NCBI RefSeq assembly: GCF_964355755.1
Contig: NC_092677.1
Coordinates: 9,632,101 to 9,696,100, forward strand
Length of the DNA stretch: 64,000 nucleotides
Origin: Antedon mediterranea
Taxonomy: Eukaryota; Animalia; Echinodermata
Direction of reading: 5' to 3'
Numbering within the stretch: the stretch's first letter is position 1; the number at the start of each line of letters is the position of its first letter. This document shows positions 59,223 through 64,000 of this stretch, one piece after another. Position numbers and translations under genes: made by a program. Below the pieces are notes generated by a model. It had not been told where the DNA came from, did no database searches, and saw only the letters and a list, made by a program, of their open reading frames with translations.

Positions 59223-62074
59223 ATTGTCTTTATAATTTCAAAGACAATGCTTGAAAAGTTTAATACTGGTTATAAAATTATATTATAATGGTTTAGGTCA
59301 ATGTTTTCTGGAGATAAATGTAATGGTAGTACAGTAATAACATCATCAATAAATATCTTCAAAGTACTATAAAATGACAATTCTTGTGGGAGGAATCTCA
59401 GGAGATGCAAATAAAACAAGGAAAAAAGCTAAATCAAAACAATAAATATATCTTGTGACAATAGCCATTCATTTTTATGACAATTCAAGAACTTTAATTG
59501 TTATAAACCAAAGAGCTGCATAGACAGCGTAGATAGGAAAAAAAATCAAAATCAAACAAGTTAAAACTGCCTCAGATATACATTTATTGTTACGACATTT
59601 CGGGCATAGCTTATCATGAGGTAAAGAGAATTTTATTAACAAAAGATAACATATATAAGTCACAAAATATTACATAATAAAACAAATCAGCCAGTCAAAG
59701 ATGTTAACGCCTCCAAACACTATGGGGTACAATGCAGACAAAGTTTCTTATAAAGCAGGGAATTTAAAACAAAATACCCTAAACACATAAACTTCAAGTG
59801 TGAATAATTGTTAACATGCGAATGTTTCTGGAAAAATTAATATTTAATTTTTATATTCAAACCATCCATCTCTTGAATATTTTGATACTTGTGGAGTAAT
59901 ATTAAGAATATCATTTCCATCTTTTAAATTTGTTTGCTCATTTAATATAAATACATGCTGCATTACTACATCATGCCATACAAGCTGTTTCAATTTATCA
60001 AAAAAATTCTACAGTCGATATGTTATCAGAATTCCACTGTCAAACTAGTAATATTAGTCATCTACTTCATTAACATAGCGCTATCTGTCTGTCACTAATG
60101 ACTTTTCCCAATTAGGACCAGATTCTGTAGAATTTAGCTTAACTTCATTAAACATTTGACCTGGTTTTCGATGTTTGTTTGCAAAATTAGATAAAATTAT
60201 CATAATTTGTAATTATTATAGACAATCTTTTGTAATTTTGATATAATATTTTGTCTGTTTTTGTAATATTGATGCTTACAAATCAGACATTCAGATATTT
60301 TAATATGCAGACCTGTCCTGTGCAAGTTAACTTAACCAGCAGTTTATAACATGTTTGTAATTTTCACTAGCTAGCTATCTTTTTTAATTGTCTGTGTATA
60401 ATTTATTAACGGGCCATTAGCATACCATGGAGTATTCTTCTGCTGTTTGTTTTTCAGTCCAGTAGAAAAGACTGGTTTCCTGTTTGCTATAAAAAAAAAC
60501 AGTTTGGTTTCATAAAGTTTCCCTCAAAAGCATTGCAGGACATAGATTATCCTGTTTAATACACGTTTTGAACAGAATAATTCACTACAGTAGGGCCCAC
60601 ACACATGGGTACTGTTGGGGTTCTGTGAAAGATCAACATTCTCCAAAATGTGGATATATTTCAAACTCAAGGTATATTATTATCATATGAGAAGTAGGAA
60701 TTTTCCTTAAAATCCTCATTCGTAATTCTTTTAGCTGTAAGAAAGTATATTAGTTAGCTAATGATGATAGCAACTAACGTAATAATAGTAATAAGTTGTA
60801 CAATAGACCTAATGCAGCATTGAAATAGTTTCTAAATTATTGCCAACAATATTTTAGGCAGATGTTACATGTTATTATAAAAGATTCTATAAAGAAACCT
60901 TTGTGGTTTGATAGTTAAAGATGTGCTTGTTACTTCCTGAAATAGCTGTACACTTCCTGTTTTTAACCTTTAACCTCTACCGCATCAAAACACCTGCTTC
61001 TGGATTTTTATGGTAAAATTTTTTTATATTTTATTATATTTTTCTAAATTATGAATGTTATATGAAATAAGATTAATTAAAAATACAGTAGTTACATTTA
61101 TAAATTGAGAGAGAGAGAGAGAGCTCCATCCTTCCATGTGTAATTATCTCCCTAAATACAGTCTGTCAATTTATATGTACACAATGGTATTTGCCAATTA
61201 TCATAATATCTATTTTTATCTCTAGTGTTGTACATCTACCGGTAAACAAATTATTCATAATTACCAAAGTGAGAAAATCAATTTAAGTCTGCCTCATTAC
61301 CATGTAGAAATTGCTTGGAACGAACTGTTAAATTTTAGAACAGTGGGGCTAAAATGAGGTATTTCATTTAAAAATTCATCAAGACCGTAGCCAAGGAGGT
61401 TTGTAGGGTTCAAAATAAGATAGAACCCCCCTTTCTCCTGCAAGACCAGCAGCGGAGTGCTAGTAAAGGGTCCTAACTCATAACATAACAGGCAAATTAT
61501 TTTCATTTATAGGCTTGGCCTTAAACTATCTTTTCTTCAGTTGTTTACGCTTGCACTTAACCCCCTCCCCTCCTTTTTTGTGGGAATAAATCCCTCTCTA
61601 AAACTCCATCTTATACAATGATTCTATTAAAAACATTTCAACAATGTGTTTTCACACCAGTAGTAATAATTTCACTGTTATTCCCTAATTGGCTGTAAAA
61701 ACAACTTATTCACAAATCTCTTACAATAATTATCTTTTAGATGTATTTTTAATAGTTATTTACGCATCATTTGGAAATGTCAATGCTTAGCTGTTCTGTG
61801 CTAAAGTAGTCCCTTTTTTATTTGCCACTCCTTTTTATCACGATATCATCCTTCATCCCTAGATGATTATTCTCCGAGCTGTTAATGATAAATCATCTCT
61901 TTTATTTTATCAATGAAGATCAAATTTACTATGAATGCTTTCAGATTGTTTAGTGTTCAATGAATATTATTTTAAAAGATAAATCAACCGTTATTTGAAA
62001 GATATCAAATTATTTTTATTTCCAGATGATGCCATGCGACAAAGGCTCTTTTCTTTTCCTATTTTTTATCTTAA

Positions 62075-62699
62075 AGCCCCATTCCCTACGTTTTTTAGAT
62101 CTAATTTAAGATCACAAACTATATTTAATGTAAAAATAATACTATATGGTCCTATTGCGATAACTTTTTTCGTCTTTAAACGGTTAAAAATGTGAAAAAT
62201 AAATCGATTCTAATAATTATAGCGGCCCGCTATAAATCCCAAAATGCATTGCGCGCGGATTGATATTTTTGTTTTTCACCTGTAATTCGCCCACTTTTCG
62301 ATCGATCGTGAAGCCAAAACAAATGGAAGACTCCTAACTTTTCAGCGAAAATACCGGGTTTTCCCCAATTTGTATCAACGGAGTCTGGCAAAAATAGAAA
62401 GACAATTAATGCAGCAACTATACAACGTCAGGCTAGGTATATAGCTAGCGTACGATGTTCGTACGTTATCGATGTTTACCAGCTGGCCTACAAAACTAAG
62501 CCTAGCTAGGCTAGGCCTAAGACCGTCCACGAGAGGTCGATCGCCGCGAGCTACTTAGGTAGTGCATTGTTTCTCACTTTTTATCATAATTTACCATAAA
62601 ACGTACATTTAAGACAAGGAATGACATGGTTTAATGTTTTTAAAGTGATATATATGTATTATTTTCCAAAAAACGTCCAAAATTGCAGGGAAGGGGTCT
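62075..62699. mobile_element. Kolobok-like MITE (TTAA TSD)
   Basis: TTAA|AGCCCCATTCCCTAC ... GCAGGGAAGGGGTCT|TTAA; CpG-rich interior. Confidence 0.7.
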
Positions 62700-64000
62700 T
62701 TAACTCTATTGATTGAATAATGCTAGATAAATATTTCATTAACAAATCAAAAATATTATAGTATCAATATTATCTCTTGATAAGTATAACAGTTCCCACG
62801 CCCTTTTCTGAAAATTTTCTTTTAATATAATGATATTGGCTCACCTCACTGTTTTCGAAGTTTGTTTGTGAAGAAAAATGTCGATTAATTTGGAAATTTT
62901 CAATTAAGTAATTATATTAAGTAATATTAAGTACTATATTAAGTATTAATTTAAGTATTATATTAAGTATTATATTAAGTATTATATTATCATAGAAAAT
63001 TACAATAGCAATAGAAGCTACCACAGGTCAAGAGGTCATTTAGAGAAAAAACAACTTTTAGTTCCACGCCTTTTTAAACATTATTATTTGAGATTGAATT
63101 ATTGGGAAATAAAAGTACCGTATTTAAATATTTCCGATTTATTGCCACATCTTTTTTGCCTTTACCGTCATTTATTATATGAAAACACATTATTTTATAT
63201 TCTCTAGTCAAAATACTCCCGGCTTCTGTGAAGAAATTGCCATTATGCATTTATATGTAATATACTGTAGTTTCATTAATGTTAGTACTAGCAGTAGCTG
63301 ATCGAATTTATTTGTGTCTTGAAATTCGTATAATAATTTATTTTTTTAACATCATTAACATTGGCAATTATGTTTAATTGAAACGCATTTCAAATTTAAA
63401 GTTTAATTAAAAGGCTTGATAGCTGCATTTGACAATATACAGAGTGTAATTAGGTAGCAGTGTCTATGCTTAACGAGTAACAGTTACAGCATCAATTTAT
63501 ATTCAAGAATGTCTAGGGGATCCAATGTGTGAAATTATAAGGCAGCTGATTTCTTGCAAAAAAACTAATATATCTTTGAATATATAGACAATGTGTCTTC
63601 TTTAAGAAGAGGAAAAATAATGGTTATTTTGCTGTATCACAGATGTAACTCATTTTTATTTTTTTTAAAGTTGATGTTCAGGTACAAACAGTATTTTAGT
63701 TCTGTGGCCAGTAAAAGTAGTGGAGGATCAGTAGAAATTGTACTGGTCCTCTAATTGTCTAGTTAAAAAACCCTTAACAACAGAGACCCCAGATCAGGAT
63801 GGCCTTTCAATCCTATTTTCAGTTTAAGTTCATTCATTTTTTTGCATTCTCAATCTGGGAGTAAATTATAATATTGCTGTGTAGCATAGGTTTACTGTGA
63901 ATACATAGTTGTTTACGCCTGTTAAATGGTGAATAGAAAAATTATAAATAATTCTTTTATGGTTATACTGCCTGTACAGTATTGTTCTTTGTCAGATGAA

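Overview
AT-rich eukaryotic (invertebrate animal, probably a non-vertebrate deuterostome; inference) genomic DNA with spliced genes; nothing prokaryotic and no CRISPR. Gene order: NFS1 cysteine desulfurase (+, 5' exon not found), PSMG4 (-), six tandem intact 446-aa beta-tubulin genes (+), ATP5F1E (-, 59 aa, absent from the ORF track), and the 5' half of DEF8 (+). Highlights: (1) PSMG4-TUBB-ATP5F1E-DEF8 puts in one locus the neighbours of three separate human beta-tubulin loci, suggesting an unduplicated ancestral arrangement. (2) Tubulin copies 3-5 look like chimeras of copies 6 (5') and 2 (3') from unequal crossing-over, and the long exon appears homogenised by gene conversion. (3) A four-level nest of non-autonomous DNA transposons lies at 13.3-19.4 kb. 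It includes a foldback palindrome, a P-like element with a 7-bp target-site duplication (TSD), and nearby mini-palindromes resembling P-element excision footprints. (4) CTAG/AGGCCT patchwork tracts differ about tenfold in length at the same site among young tubulin paralogs. Exon boundaries were read by eye; transposon superfamily calls rest only on termini and TSDs, and no transposase ORF was seen.
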